From contig OX597816.1 in the NCBI GenBank assembly GCA_951406725.2, positions 177,444,001-177,508,000 on the forward strand: a stretch of 64,000 nt of DNA, in the 5' to 3' direction. Within the stretch, counting starts at the first letter, position 1; each line of letters opens with the position of its first letter. The notes under the pieces were generated by a model. It ran no database searches. It was not told the origin of the DNA and was given only the letters and a program-made list of their open reading frames with translations. Shown one piece after another: positions 12,241-26,356 of this stretch. The DNA is from Octopus vulgaris. Its lineage: Eukaryota. The position numbers were made by a program, and so were the translations under genes.

Positions 12241-14338
12241 TTTACTTATTGTAAAAAGGAATTGATATATTTCCGCACTTATATACATTTCTTTGAAACA
12301 AATGTGTATCAACTTCTCTATTTTAGTTAAACATTACATTTTTTATTATTATATACAATATAGAAACTCTAATAATAAATATTTCAGAAAAATGCATCAA
12401 TACTAGTCCTTTCCTTGCCACAAAGATCTATAACAAAGCATTTTATAGTTATCATTTACGAGCCTATTTCAAAGTCAGTTTGTAATTATTCTATTGCTTT
12501 TATATCAGAATTCGATATTTATTTCGAGGCATTTTATTTGAAGCCTCTCACACAAAAAGAAATATAAGACAAATTCCAATTACATCTTTCTCCTTATTGT
12601 AAAGATTTCAGCGATGTATTTTATTAACTGGGAACACATGGTCACAATATTCTTTTTTGTAACTCTATACGTCTTTTAGTACCAACAATTTTTAGCTTGT
12701 CCCATTTTAGGCTAGCATTATTCAAAAGTACTTGCGCCATTCAGTCATCTTTGGAATTCTTTATAAATTCTTCCAGGACACATTTATACCGTTATACTAA
12801 TTACTTCTTCAATTTAATAATATTCTACAAAATACTAACAAAATGGTATCCGATGGAAAACACCTGTGAAACTAATGTTATTCATTGAACATCATTAACT
12901 CAAACTAATACCTATTATGTTACTTGCCTTTATGTGTAGAGGGGAAAAGAAAAAAGAATTTGTATTTTACATAGAAACTAAATAACCTCAGTAGTTAGAG
13001 TTTTTCTGTTATGTACCAGGAAATTAGACATTTCTGGCTATTGCTAACATATAACTTCCTCTATTAAATATTTTATGTTATGACATGTACAAAAGTGGAG
13101 AATGTGGAATCCAAATGATAACACAATTAAGTTAAGAACTGACACTTAGCACATCCTACACTTTGATTAGCCAATCTGCTCGCTGTCTGCGTTGTAAACT
13201 CATTTCAGATTATACAACGTAAGGATAATGCGTATTCAATTTGTAAGCTACTTTAATCAATACTAAAATAATATCTTGAAAAGCGAGTTAAAGCTTTCTT
13301 GTTTTTCAGAATTACGTGCATATAAAATATAAAATTAGTAGGTTCTGACCCTTCTTGACTCTAAAGATCAGTTCTCAGTTCTTTTTGTTTACTAACGATT
13401 GAACTAGAATGTGATGGCATGCTTATAGACTGACTGTTAAAAACCAAACAATTAACGATAGAAAAACGTGTAGTCAATTATATGTCAGGTGATGATAGTA
13501 TTGAAATCTCTATATACACACATTGCCGGCATTTTTATTCGTGTGTATATGTTATATGCGTGTATTGCTATGCATTTATGTAGTAGAGAGAAATCCAGGC
13601 AAGCTATTCAATAGATTACATCGCAGTGTTGGCAGAAAAGTTCCGTCTTCTCTAAACATGTTGTTAGCTACTAAAATTACATTCTGGTTCTTATTTTCGA
13701 AGAAGAAAAATGAATTAGAGAATAAAACATAGAATTTGAGTCTCATGTGTTGTGAATACGTGGGATAATAAAGATATAAACATTTTCCATGAAAGAAAAA
13801 AACGTTAACACATATCCTATTTGTTTATATTTAATTGAACATCTACTATGAATCACTTCAATATATAGAAGTGTATTTTTCAAGCAATTCTTTCTCTTCA
13901 TAGAACGTTCATTATTTGAAGGGTTTTTTTTCCATCGTACAATATAAAACATTTTCCTAAAGTAATGGTTCTAAAGTAATAGCTGTATAAAAGCATTTTG
14001 CAGATCAGCGCTCCCTTTCGGTGACTGGCATTTTATAAACACTTTTCTTCACCTATTAGGGGCGAGAAAAGTAGTGATTATTTCAACCAAACAGAAACTA
14101 TTGTGTGCAGTGGTATATTAGCCACATTTTCTTATACTAAGCCATCAACACGTACCTCATTCTAGTTATTAGAATCCCGCCTGATAAGCATTTATAGGAA
14201 ATCTCTAAAGAAGGTGAAAATTTATATAATGAAATTTTATTGAATCTTGTTAGGATTCTACCTCATATTATCATCCCAAGAAAGATTTATTGATTCTTTT
14301 ATATGTGGAAAATGTACTTTTAATATTAGGTTCATATT

Positions 14339-14545
14339 AAGGCAGCGAGCTGACAGAGTCGTTACCCACCCACCGGGCAAAATGCTTAGCTGCATTTCGC
14401 CTGTCATTAGCTTCCACCGAAGTCGACTTTACCTTTCATTCTTTCGGGGTCGATAACATAAGTAATAGTTGAGCACTAGGGTCTATGGGGTCACCTTCCC
14501 CGCTTTCCCGAAATTGCTGGCCTTCTACCAACATTTGAAACGAAT
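14339..14545 (+). mobile_element. SINE family B, degenerate
   Basis: AAGGCAGCGAGCTGACAGAG head; CCTTTCATTCTTTCGGGGTCGATAA core. Confidence 0.7.
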
Positions 14546-14557
14546 ATTAGGTTTACA

Positions 14558-14777
14558 TACTCTTTTTACTCTTTTACTCTTTTACTTGTTTCAGTCATTT
14601 GACTGCGGCCATGCTGGAGCACCGCCTTTAGTCGAGCAAATCGACCCCGGGACTTATTCTTTGTAAGCCCAGTACTTATTCTATCGGTCTCTTTTGCCGA
14701 ACCGCTAAGTGACGGGGACGTAAACACACCAGCATCGGTTGTCAAGCAATGCTAGGGGGACAAACGCAGACACACAA

Positions 14778-14810
<33 letters not shown>

Positions 14811-14984
14811 CATATATACGACAGGCTTCTTTCAGTTTCCGTCTACCAAATCCACTCACAAGGCATTGGTCGGCCCCGGGCTATAGCAGAAGACATTTGC
14901 CCAAGGTGCCACGCAGTGGGACTGAACCCGGAACCATGTGGTTGGTTAGCAAGCTACTTACCACACAGCCACTCCTGCGCCTAT
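14558..14984 (-). mobile_element. SINE family A, full length
   Basis: Near-identical to 6547-6960. Confidence 0.92.
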
Positions 14985-15409
14985 GAATACTTTCTACGAA
15001 AAATCATGACCTCCGTAAACATCTACCCCGCCATAGTGCCCTCTTCACATTTACTGCACCCCTCCCTTGCACAATAAAAACAAACAAGCATGACATTTCC
15101 ATTTGATGTAATTTCGTTTTGTAGTTTTAACCTGCAAGAACAAAGTGTAGCCATGATCCATATATTCTTGAGACTGGTTAAATTGATGCAGTTGATGTTT
15201 AGTGGGAACACTTCTAAGTCGACGACTTCAGTGAAAATATGAATGCAAAGAATTAGAATTTACAAACATAGGTGTATAAAAGGGTAATCATAATAATTTT
15301 ATAGTCACTTCTCACTAATTAAAAATTTTAGTTTGTTGAGCATTAGCATTTTTAAAATTATTTTTTTCTAATTTTGACCTATTTGTATCAAATCAAAATA
15401 ATGTAATCA

Positions 15410-16050
15410 TGTATTCTTTTATTCATTTCAACCTTGGAGCTGCGGTCATACTGGAGTACCACCGTTGTTTTGCTGATTTCTTCAGGCTGGGGGGTTTCAC
15501 GTCACCACACCTGTATGTGCCATTGTCCCAACTGTTGGCCCTTTTAGTGTGTGAGGGAGTTTAATTCTGCTACCCTCTTCTGTACCTCGTGCCTGGCTGT
15601 CGGTCCATCTGGTATTGTGGAGAGGAAGATGTCCAGTTCCTTTTTGAAGACATCTACGTCCACATTATGGAGATTTCTTAATTTCTGTAGCAGAGCTTTG
15701 AAGGGCTGTGGGCCTTTGAATGTTAGGTTATTACAGTACCTGGTCCTGCATTTAGATGAAGTGGATGGTACTTTTGGTACAATACAATAGTGTCCAGTTC
15801 TGGCATTTGTATAACATTCAATGCCGAAATTAAGTACTAGCCCTTCTAGAGTTTCCCATATGTACATTATTACATATGCCGCACCTTGTAATTTTCTTCA
15901 GCCTCTCCCTGTAACTCAGATGCTGCACTGTTACAATCTTTTTAGTGTAGTGACGTTGAACCGCTCCAGGCTCCGCTGTTAGTTTGGCACTACGTGGTGA
16001 CCATAGCTGAGAGCAGTAGTCCAGGCGACTGAGAACAAAGGTCATGTACA
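15410..16050 (-). mobile_element. CR1-like LINE 3' fragment
   Basis: LSRLDYCSQLWSP and IWETLEGLVLNFGI match the ORF2 C-terminus of 45751-47949; 3' stem-loop present. Confidence 0.85.
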
Positions 16051-17229
16051 TAGTATTTGTACATAGTAATTATTTTGTTTTACCTTTATATCACTGAAGA
16101 CGATTGAAGATTAGGTTATTCGAGATGAAATGGAAAGTAATTAGAAACAGAGAAGGTGAGGCTAATTCTGATATATAGAATTAACTCATTCATGAATTTA
16201 AACAGGTGACTTGGGAATCCCGTATGTTGTAAGAAGATAAACTTTCTACTCGATCTCATTTCACTAACTTTACAATATAAAATTCTTAATCAACATATTA
16301 TGTTTAAAGTGTAAAAATACATGGCTTTCTTATCATAGACCTTGCCCCATAAGATTCAATATTGGTTTTTATTATGATTAGCAGTATCAGGGGTAGCAAA
16401 TGGCAGAAAATACGGCGTGGTTAATCAAATGCCTTGTGGTAAATTGCAACGTTTCTTTGCATTTTGAGTAAATCCCGCCGATGTTAACTTTGCTTTCATC
16501 CTTCCAGGATTGAATAAATGAAATACCAGTCAAGTACTGGAATTAAAGGTATCAACTAACCCCTCCTCTCAAAACTGCTTTATACCTAAATTTCAAATAA
16601 ACAATTTAATGTACGATATTCCTCCTATCAAATTTGTGGCCTTCTATGTCTATATTAGAAACTATTATGATTAGTTATATAAAACAGGGGTGGATTTCAA
16701 AAATAAATAGGGCGGCAGATAAAGTGATTTGTGGTAGTTAGTTCTGTTTCTTTATATTTTGAGTTCAAATTTCATCGGCGACGATATTGTTTTCCAACCT
16801 TCTGGTGTCCGTAAAATGGAGAAGCCACAATGAAAAATTGTCGATTTAATCGGCTGCTCACTTTCCATATATTTGTGGCTTTGTGTTTAAGTTTTAAAAA
16901 ATCCATCTGAGTGCAAATACACTATTTAAAGAAGTGGGATACTGTGTCTATATCTTTCCTATATATTCAACTAAGGATTGTTCTATTGAATAAGCTTATC
17001 TGGTCTTGGTTGTGGAATACCTTATCGATCTCAACCACTCACTATGCTGTGGAGTAAAATTTAATTTCTTACTTAAATAGAAATTCATTCTTTAATGGGA
17101 AAGAGTAATTATAGAGTGTTGTGATATTACATACACACACTTAGTTGTTCAAGGGAAGAGAATCTCTCCTTTTTTTTGTTTGCTTGAATCTAGAGGACGC
17201 TGTAATGACCATGGACTCATGAGACTGCG

Positions 17230-17930
17230 AGTCTGATGAGAGTGAAGTCGTTAATTTTAGGTTTTATCTATGTTGCAAGTTCATATCTACGAGGAACTCA
17301 TTAGAAGGGAGATGATACCAAACAACATATGTTCTGGAGTGGAATGACTTGGCATGATAGTCAGTGTGAGCTCTTGGAGAGGAGGTACACACAATAAAAA
17401 AAGGTAAGCGAAAGAGAGACGAGTAGGTCAGGAAGGCCGGGGTGGAAGAAGCACAAGTCAACTCGGAGAAACTGGGGTAATTCTAGTAACAACGGAAAAA
17501 CAAAACAAGCAAAAACAGGTTAGAGTGTATTTTTGAGTGAATTTATACCAATCAGTCGAGTGGTCTTTCTCTGAAGGCGAGCCAGTGTGTGTGTGTGTGT
17601 GTGTGAGCATTACGTCATTGTTTCAGATGTGGGACCAATACTCCATTGTGGGCCTTATCTAAGTTTTGTAGATTGTCGATAATTGTGAAAGAATGAAATA
17701 TTTTCTGGTCTCGAAGAGATGAGCCAGTGCTTGGGATGCTGCTCCAGCTATGCTAAGAAGTTACTTTCACTAACAGAGATTCTTGGTGATTGTGAAGCCT
17801 TATATTTGGAGTGATTCATCTATATCGTTAATTCTATGATATATCATTAATTCGATATATCAGGTGCTCAAAATCTACCGCAGTCGCGTCTGCTGCATTC
17901 GATCTTAATGTAGTTGGAATTGACAGTTGG
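17230..17930 (-). mobile_element. Degraded LINE ORF2 3' fragment (CR1/L2 group)
   Basis: Minus-strand IYKT*IRPTMEYWSHI at ~17626-17674, typical of the post-RT region. Confidence 0.55.
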
Positions 17931-19197
17931 TAGAAGCAGTAAAGCCCCAAACTGAATTTCTTATACTTTATTCAAATTACATTCTTTTTTCAAATTACAG
18001 AGAAGACACTTTCTATTGTCTTTACTCTGAGGCTAATAAAATGAATGCAGTGGATTCAGGCCACTGCAGCACTCATCTACAAATTCTAGCTTGTGCTAAT
18101 AAATTGATATTTCGAGATCAAACCGATTGCTAAGATAATGTAGTACTTAAATAAAATATTTTATTTATTTGTCTTTTGAGATACGTTATTAACGACACCC
18201 CACTTAACTGTGTATTATTTTGCTCATATTTTATAACGAACCGTGTCTTCAGAAAAGCATTCCATTGTCTTTGTTGTAGGAGACTTTATACATAAATTCT
18301 TAGTTCACGTACTAATAGGAAATAGATGCTCAGTTTCTGAAATCTTCAGCAGATTTTTTTTTATCATTCACTTACTGCTTTTGGTAACAAGAGTTGGGTA
18401 CAAACCCTGAAGTTCTATGTAGCTCGAGAAATAAAGAAATTTACTGATAAGGAACACTAAATGTTTTATGAACTACTGATATCATCACCATGATATTTGC
18501 AGTATTCCCGACGTTGACAATGTTATATTACTACTTTCTGTGTGGGTGATATCTTGATAAACACATCATCGTGCATATCTACTCAAGAATCTCATATTCA
18601 TATATATTTATCAATATCAGATAACATTTCAATAGCAGGGATAGTAGAAAGTTTATGGCGTGTTATTGATGAAATATTTCATAGAAATGTATATGATACA
18701 GTGTAGATTGAAAATTAAAACAGTCTTGGTTAGATTTTCGGTAAACTAAAATAAAAATGACCCATTAAGAACAGCTGTGCGATGTTTTATTTGAATTTAC
18801 TTCAAAATATGGCGCATTCTGAAATTGTATTTAGTCTACTAATGAGATGAAAAATTTATAGATCTGTAAATTAAACTAAATAGAGTTTTTGTTGATTAGA
18901 ATTTGTTGATATAATCTCATGATACCACCATTCTCCCGGATCCTTACACACGTTTGTATGTGTGTACGTATGTGTGTCTCAGATTTAAGATATATATATA
19001 TATATATATATATCCGTGAATATCGCTTAAAATATTTTCAACATTTGGAACATTTATTTGAAGGAAACAGATTATAAAAAGACTTGAGTAGTTTAAGATG
19101 GTATTTCCGTAAACAAATCCATTCACAAAAGAAAATACTCCCACTTCGTAAAAAGTTATACATTTGTGCTGAATTTTATTTACAAATATTTATATCT

Positions 19198-19420
19198 ATT
19201 TCTTTATTGCCTACAGGGGGCTAAACATAGAAGGGACAAACTAAGGGATTAAGTCGATTACATCGACTCGAGTGCGTAACTGGTACTTATTTTAATCGAC
19301 TTCGAAAGCATGAAATGCAAAGTCGACCTCGCCTCAATTTGAACTCAGAATGTAACGGTAGACAAAATACCGGTAAGAATTTCGCCCGGCGTGCTAACGA
19401 TTCTGCCAACCCGCCGCTTT
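19198..19420 (-). mobile_element. SINE family B, best-preserved copy
   Basis: Minus strand GGCGGGTTGGCAGAATCGTTAGCACGCCGGGCG...GAGTTCAAATT; further degenerate copies near 16390, 16710, 53560, 55700, 56010 and 61650. Confidence 0.8.
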
Positions 19421-20440
19421 ACTTATATTAACTTATATTTAGACACTGTGCCATAATGCTACAAAAATACCAAACCTTATAGAATATAGTAACTTCTCAA
19501 AAATCTACGCACTGTTACTTACTGGATGCTGTAAGTCAACCAGAACAAAATTTTAATTATTTTCTGGAAAAATGTCCTAATATCTAATATAAAAATTTCA
19601 TATACATTTTTTTTTTGTTTTGGTATTTCTTCAATTTTGTTCATACCATAACTCGAACTCACATACTTCCAAACGTACTCATATGCATCTTAACCTAAAT
19701 ACGAATTAATACACACACACACACACACTTATACTTTCCATTTATCCCCACCGACTCTGTCTTTCTCATTTCTATGTCTCTATTCTGTTTTCCTCTCTAT
19801 GCTTATTTTCTTTCAGTAGGCCTATCTTTCCTTCTAATCCTCTCCTCGCCACGTATTCAGTATACGCTGAGTTTTAAATATAATCCATAAATTCACTACT
19901 TTTTAATTCCCTAGATTGTAGATATCGCTTTGCTCTGCGTGCCCGAGGGTGTGTGCACACGCATGCGTGTGTTTTGTGTTTGTGCTTGTCCCCTGCCAAA
20001 GCTTGAAAACCAGTGTTGGTTTGTTTACGTTCTCGTAATCTAGTGGATCGGCATAAGAGACTGATAGAATAAGAACTATGCTGACAAGAAAATTAATAGT
20101 GGGGTTGATTCGTTGGACTAATACCCTTCGATGTTTTGCCCCATCACGGCTGTAGTCCGATTACTGATACAAATAAATAATTAGATACATAAAAGATTAG
20201 GATTCAAATGAACCAGATTCTTAAATGTTAAGGTACCAGGTCGGGTCAAAATTAAAATGCATACACAACAAAGGTAGACGAATGCATAGGTGGGTACCGA
20301 AGTACATGCAGAAAGATATTCGGATTATGTATAGGACTAATTGAAACAGACTGAGTATATAACTAGCCCTTGGGCGCGTAGACTCATGAAGGTGCATATG
20401 CCATTGATTTTAAAATGTTTCTGAATGTTGTTGTTCATGT

Positions 20441-20527
20441 ATTTACCTGATGAAAAGGTTTTTTTTTCTAGTGATGTAATGTCTTCATTAATCAATTAAA
20501 TGTTCGTTGGAAACAGCTGTAGGGAAT
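20441..20527 (+). ncRNA. Type I hammerhead motif with long, decayed stem II
   Basis: atttac-CTGATGA...GAAA-cagctg-TA-gggaat; canonical core, palindromic stem III ACAGCTGT, GUA site. Confidence 0.6.
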
Positions 20528-20562
20528 TGACACACTAATCCATCTGCTGTTTTATATATATA

Positions 20563-20957
20563 CCAGCAGTATCGCCCGGTGTTGCTCGGGTTTGTAAGGG
20601 AAATAACTATATAAGCATTTTTAGAGATGTAAAGTATAATAGCCATCTCAATATGGCTAACCACAAAGGGGGAGGGGTGTTACTGTAGCTTTTTACGTTC
20701 TGAGATTTAATGATAAATTTTAGAGAGTTACTTCCCTTATATATGTCAAAAATGGATTAAAAATGGGAAAAATTGATGGTAAATTTTTTTTTAACTCGTA
20801 GACTCATCGTAGACGCGCGCTAATACCCAGACGGTCTCGATATGAATCACGACTATAAGATACCCGGTTTTGGTTAAACTGCACCGCAAAATGTGGGAGT
20901 AGTTAGGAATCTAAATCGTAGGAGACAGACACACAACCTCACTTTTATATATAAAGA
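20563..20957 (-). mobile_element. Non-autonomous Helitron, family H1
   Basis: Minus strand starts A|TCTTTATATATAAAA and ends CCCGAGCAACACCGGG hairpin + CTGG|T; no TSD; homologue at 45415-49056. Confidence 0.85.
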
Positions 20958-21115
20958 TTTCCTCTATTTACATAATATTGAGGTCTCTTTCTTTCTTTTG
21001 TTATCTTACTGTTTTTACCAATATACATATATATATATAAATATATATATAGTTACAGAGATGTACTTGCATAGCAAGTGACTTGATCTGAGATCGTGTG
21101 CTGGAACGAAAACAG

Positions 21116-21372
21116 TTGCAGCGTTGAAGGTGTTTATAAGCCATTTAAGAAACACACAAAAATCGTTAGATTCACTTCAGCATTTAAATTTAATTTGTCA
21201 AAATATTTTCGTCGCTTTGAGACCGCGACCTGTTAGCACGATATTTTTGTCAGTGAACAGGTCGCGGTCTCAAAGCGAGGAAAATATTTTGGCAAATTAA
21301 ATTTAAATGTTGAAGTGAATCTAACGGTTTTTGTGTTTCTTAAATGGCTTACAAACACCTTCTACGCTGCAA
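21116..21372. repeat. Fold-back element with ~120-bp arms inside a (TA)n-flanked unit
   Basis: TTGCAGCGTTGAAGGTG... paired with ...CACCTTCTACGCTGCAA; centre ~21245. Confidence 0.9.
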
Positions 21373-21387
21373 TATATATATACACAC

Positions 21388-21421
<34 letters not shown>

Positions 21422-21454
21422 GTGTATATGTGTATGCATGTATGTGTGTGTGTG

Positions 21455-21676
21455 TGCGTGTCTGTGCTTGTGATTGTCCTCCACCACTGCTTGACAACGA
21501 ATGTTGGTTTGTTTACATCCCTGTCACCTAGTGGTTTGACAAAGGAAACAGATAGAATAAGTACAATGCTTACAAAAATAAAACTGGAGTTGATTCATTA
21601 AACTACAATTCTTCAAGGCATTGCCCCAGCATGGCCACAGACCAATGGCTGGAAAAAGCAGAAGAATAAAAGAATA
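21455..21676 (+). mobile_element. SINE family A, diverged 3' half (similar fragment at ~19975-20180)
   Basis: GCTTGACAAC...GATAGAATAAGTAC...TGCCCCAGCATGGCC. Confidence 0.7.
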
Positions 21677-21741
21677 CATTCTCTGCTTTGGTCTTATGTT
21701 CAAGGCATGAGAAAGCTTGAGTTTACATGAGAAGGCCTAAC

Positions 21742-22006
21742 AGACCTTGTAGAAACAGCAGCCAAATCTCCCTCAAATCACACCTTACTGTCTTATGTAT
21801 GTATATATATATGAGCCAATGAGGGGGACCTCTACATGGTAGCTAGACCTGGTAGAAATAGCAGCCAAATGTCCCCCAAATCACACCTTACTGTCTTATC
21901 TATGTATATATGTATGTATGAGCCTATGAGGGAGACCCCTACATGGCAGCTAGACATGGTAGAAATAGCAGCCAAATCTCCCTCAAATCACACCTTACTG
22001 TCTTAT
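21742..22006. repeat. ~107-bp tandem repeat, about 2.5 units
   Basis: GTAGAAATAGCAGCCAAATCTCCCTCAAATCACACCTTACTGTCTTAT occurs three times. Confidence 0.9.
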
Positions 22007-22506
22007 GTATGTATATATATATATATATACAAGCCACTACGGTTATTTAATGTAAAGTCTTCCTCAAATCACTCTCGCTATTTACTCTCTTCCAAGATCA
22101 TTTTCACTCACTCTTATCTCTTAGCTTCCCATACATTTTACTCATGTATCTATTAGCGTCATAGACAGAAACAAATATTACATCGCCATCGCATTCTATT
22201 TTCTACCTGTCAACACACAGTGAATTAGTTTCACTTTCTTCGTTGCACACTTTGTGTGTGCGTTTGCGTGTGCTGTAAACCAGACTAAGAAAAGCATTTG
22301 ACATACACACCAGAATGTGAGTTTTCTGTAAATTTTGCTTAATTGGAGTTTAAATTTTAAAAACTGGACCTGGCATGACCCGATGCATTCTACTCTTAAA
22401 AATGCTAGGTAAATTGTAATTGAAGAAATCCTATATTGTAGATTTCTATAAGTGACAAAGGGAGGCAGATAAAATCTGCCTTTTATAATAAGAGATATAT
22501 ATATAT

Positions 22507-22730
22507 ATAAATTATATTAGAGATAAAACCACTATTAGGCAAATCAAACAGTGAAAAACATAAACCAAAACATAAAAATAAATATAATTAATATAATATA
22601 CAAAATATATAAAATATAAAATTTAAAATTAAATTATTTAAATTTAAAATTTTTAATTTATATTTATATTTATAAATTTTTATATTTTTTTATATTTTTT
22701 AAAATTGAAATTTTAAAATATTTATATTCA

Positions 22731-22761
<31 letters not shown>

Positions 22762-25700
22762 TTTATATAACTATCAAAAAGGTATTAAAAAGTTTAATAT
22801 AATATAATAAGTATACTTATTATTATTACTTATTATATTATATTATATTAAACTTTTTAATACCTTTTTGATAGTTATATATATAATCCTTAAATCCTTA
22901 AAAATGTTTTAGCCCGAAGGCCGCGGCCATGCTGGGGCACCACCGCTGAATGAGCCACACTAATATGTGAATCCACCTCTGATACGTGGCACTTGATCAT
23001 GTAAGTCTCTCAGGCATTTAGGGAGGATGTTAAAGAGCTGTGGTCCTCTGAAACTCAAGCTGTTGCAGTATCTGGACCTGTATTTTGATGGTGATGTTGG
23101 AATCTTTGGCACCATGCAGTGGCGCCCCGTTCTGCGGTTGGAGTAACTTTGAATGCTCTCCAGGATTTTCCAGATGTATATCACCGCATATCTCTCCTGC
23201 CTCCGCTCTAGGAAGAAGAGGTCTAATATTTTCAGTCTTTCCCAGTCGCTGATATTTTGCATTGAGACGATTTTCTTTGTGTAGCTTGTTTGAATTGCTT
23301 CGAGTTCTGCTGTTAGTTTTATATTGTGTGGTGACCATAGTTGGGAGCAGTAGTCCAAGCGGCTGAGGACGAATGTTTTCCAGAGGACCATCAGTGTTTC
23401 CTTCTCTCTTGTTCTGAAAGTTCGGAGAATCCATCCAGCTAGCCGTCTGCATTTTATCAGCAAATTAGTAATATGCACTTGGAAAGATGCATCACTGCTC
23501 ATGTCAATGCCCAGGTCACGCACTGATTTTGACTCAGGGATTGCAATTCTTCCTGGGCCAGTGTATCCAGTATGCACGTCGTTTACCTTTGTGTGCCGGT
23601 AGCGCAGGGCCTGGAACTTACCTGCATTAAACTGCATGTTGTTATCCTCAGCCCACCTATATTTTGTATCCAACTCCTGTTGCAGATGCGCAATATTTTC
23701 AGGGTTTTGTATTGTGTGGAAGACTTTTGTGTCATCTACATAGCTAGCAAGGGTGGTCATCGTAGCAACTGAAGGCATGTCTGAAAGGGCCACTATGAAC
23801 AGCAGTGGCCCCAAGACAGCGCCCTGTGGAACACCGCTTGTTATTTGTGTTTCCTTGGAGAATTTGCAGATGTTTCTGCCTTTGCTGGGGTTCTTTTGTT
23901 TTTTCTGAACAGTGTTTGTTTTAGCTTTAATTTTCTTGTCTTTTACCTCCTGTTTCCCATCAATTTTAGGGTGCTTTTCTTATTTTGCGGCCATCGCACC
24001 TCTTTGGTCTTCAGTTATGTTGGGAGCTGGACATGTACCCTTGTTTCCCTTGGTTGCAATTTTCTCGGTTTTGTCTTTTGTTGGGTCCTGGATGTTTTCT
24101 TCATCCTTTTGGCCTTCCCTGGTGCAGTCACTTCCTAGGATGATGTCCAGAGTGTCCATAAGTTGCCTGATTAGAGCATATGAACGGAGAAATTATCGTT
24201 TCTTTCGCTCTATCTGGGCGGTTGTCCTTGAAAAATCATTGCTCTTCAGCGCCGCTGCAATGATATTATTCGGCGAGTCGCCCTCGGCTATCTTCTAGGC
24301 GCGGACGAACAATTACAACTCCCTCGCAGACCAGTTTCTTGACATTTTCGCCCGAGATACAGTGAGAGTGAAATATAGGAACAGAGAGAGAAGGAAATAT
24401 AAGACCTGAGAGAGAGAGGAGAAAGGAGAGAAGCTGGTGGCAGATCAGCCAGGGGGCATAGAGAGAGACGAGGGGATTGTCCTGAGAGAAGTGAGAAAGA
24501 ATGGCAGGTCAGCAGGGGGAGAGTGAGCGGGATAGAGGTGTGGTAGAGAGAAAGTAAAGGGACAGGGGGGAAAAGAGAGACAAGGGGATGGACCTTAGGG
24601 GGAGCAGAAAGGCGGAGAGGGAAAAATGGAGAGGGAGAGAGAGGAGGCGGAATAGAGGTACCCGAAAGTGAAGTAAAGGGACAGAAAGGGTGGTGTGGAG
24701 AAAGGAGACAGAAAGAGGAAAGGTAGGAAGAAAAAGGGGAGAGGGAAAGAGGGGGCGCGACAGAGGTGCAAGAGAGTGTAGTAAAGGGACAGGGAGGGTG
24801 GTGTAGAGAAAGAAATAAGGGGACAGATGGAGAAGAGGGAAAGGGGTTTGACCTGTGAAGGAGCGGAGAGAAGAGAGGCAGAGAGAGGGAGGGAGAGTAA
24901 CAGAGAGAGAGGGAGGGTAACAGAGAGAGAGGGAGAGTAACAGAGAGACAGGGAGAGAGAGAAAAAGAGAGAGGGCGGGATAGAGATACAAGAGAGAATG
25001 AGTGAAGTAGAGGAACAGAGAGGGGGTGAGATGTGAGAAAGCTGATCTGAGAGAGAGATGCAGAAAGAGAAACGATGGCAGAGAGAGAGAGAGAGGGGGG
25101 AGAGAGAGCGAAAATAGAGGGTCTGATGGATGGAGAGACAGATTAAGGGGGGGAATTGTAAGAAAGAGATAGAGAGAGTATGGCAGGTTACACAGATAAT
25201 CAGATAGCATGTATTTTATATCTTTTATATCTATAATCGCGGTTATATCTATGTATTATTAGGCGTCGATTAATAATAATAATAATAAATAATGTTTTTT
25301 GGGGGGTTTTTTTCGTTTTTTTTTGTTTTTTATCTTCTGGTTGAGAGAACACTAATAATAGATAATATTTTTCCTTACCTTTCCGGCTGAGAGAACACTT
25401 ACCTTCACTGTTTTAGAAGAAAGAAAGATAAAAAGACAGACATTCGATATTCCTGTATTCTTTACTTGTATTTTGTAAACAAAAGAAAAGAATAGAGTTC
25501 CGATGTTCGTAGATGCAAAAATTTTCAATATTTTCTTAGGCAATTTGGTATTAGGCAGCAAATTTTCAGATGTTTTCAAAACACGCAGATATACCTCACC
25601 AAAAGCGAAAATATCCTTCTCAAAAATATAACGTCTTGTTGTTGCTTCACAGACAAAAGTCACTTCGACTTCAGGAAGTAACACGCGTGGTTTCAACACA

Positions 25701-26189
25701 TGTGCTCGCGAGGTATGTTCTAGTCGCAAATACTATATCAAAAGCGAAAATATTCTTCTCAAATACAGTGTCTTGTCGTACTTTCACTTATATTTGCTTT
25801 ACAGACAAAATTCACTTCTGATAACATCTTGAAGGTCTTTTTAAACTTTAGGAGAGACACATTAACACACGACTTGTTAGTTCGGCGCCATCTTGATAAT
25901 GTATATATAAAATAAATAAATAAATAAATAAAAAATAAGTAAATAAATAAATAAATATAAATATTAAAAAATTAAAAGTTTAAAATTTTATAAATTAAAA
26001 ATTTTAAAAATGTAAAAAATTATATATATAAATATAAATAAAAAAATTTAAATTTAAATAATTTAATTTTAAATTTTATATTTTATATATTTTGTATATT
26101 ATATTAATTATATTTATTTTTATGTTTTGGTTTATGTTTTTCACTGTTTGATTTGCCTAATAGTGGTTTTATCTCTAATATAATTTATA
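22507..26189. repeat. ~140-bp near-perfect inverted repeat pair (22507-22648 / 26047-26189) enclosing a CR1 insertion
   Basis: ATAAATTATATTAGAGATAAAACCACTATTAGGC... and its reverse complement; nested palindrome at 22765-22881. Confidence 0.88.
22885..25901 (-). mobile_element. CR1-like LINE apparently retaining both ends, with a large internal deletion
   Basis: 5' AAGATGGCG motif (25886-25894), CT-rich leader, ORF1 remnant, RT C-half (GVPQG..LGPLLF, YVDDTK), 3' stem-loop and (TTTAAGGA)n tail. Confidence 0.8.
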
Positions 26190-26266
26190 TTTATACTGTG
26201 AAATTTGATTTAATCCTAAATCTAATTTTTCCCTGTAAGTTTGGATTTACTCCATAATATTATTAT

Positions 26267-26356
<90 letters not shown>

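Noticed and set aside
21241-21290. Hammerhead in the 21.1-21.4 kb fold-back, and likewise in the 28512 and 51600 repeats
   Set aside because: Only vague core resemblance (CAGTGA...CAAA; CGAAACGC); too degenerate to call
21742-22006. Repeat-spacer appearance suggesting a CRISPR array
   Set aside because: Whole ~107-bp units repeat, the variable parts are microsatellite, the context is eukaryotic and no cas genes are present
22280-22495. Additional Helitron (minus-strand start TCTCTTATTATAAAAGGCAG at 22495) and a possible 3' end at ~55285-55322
   Set aside because: Only one terminus identifiable in each case
25352-25821. 125-aa and 83-aa ORFs
   Set aside because: They lie in the presumed 5' leader of the CR1 copy, which contains internal repeats; no protein motif
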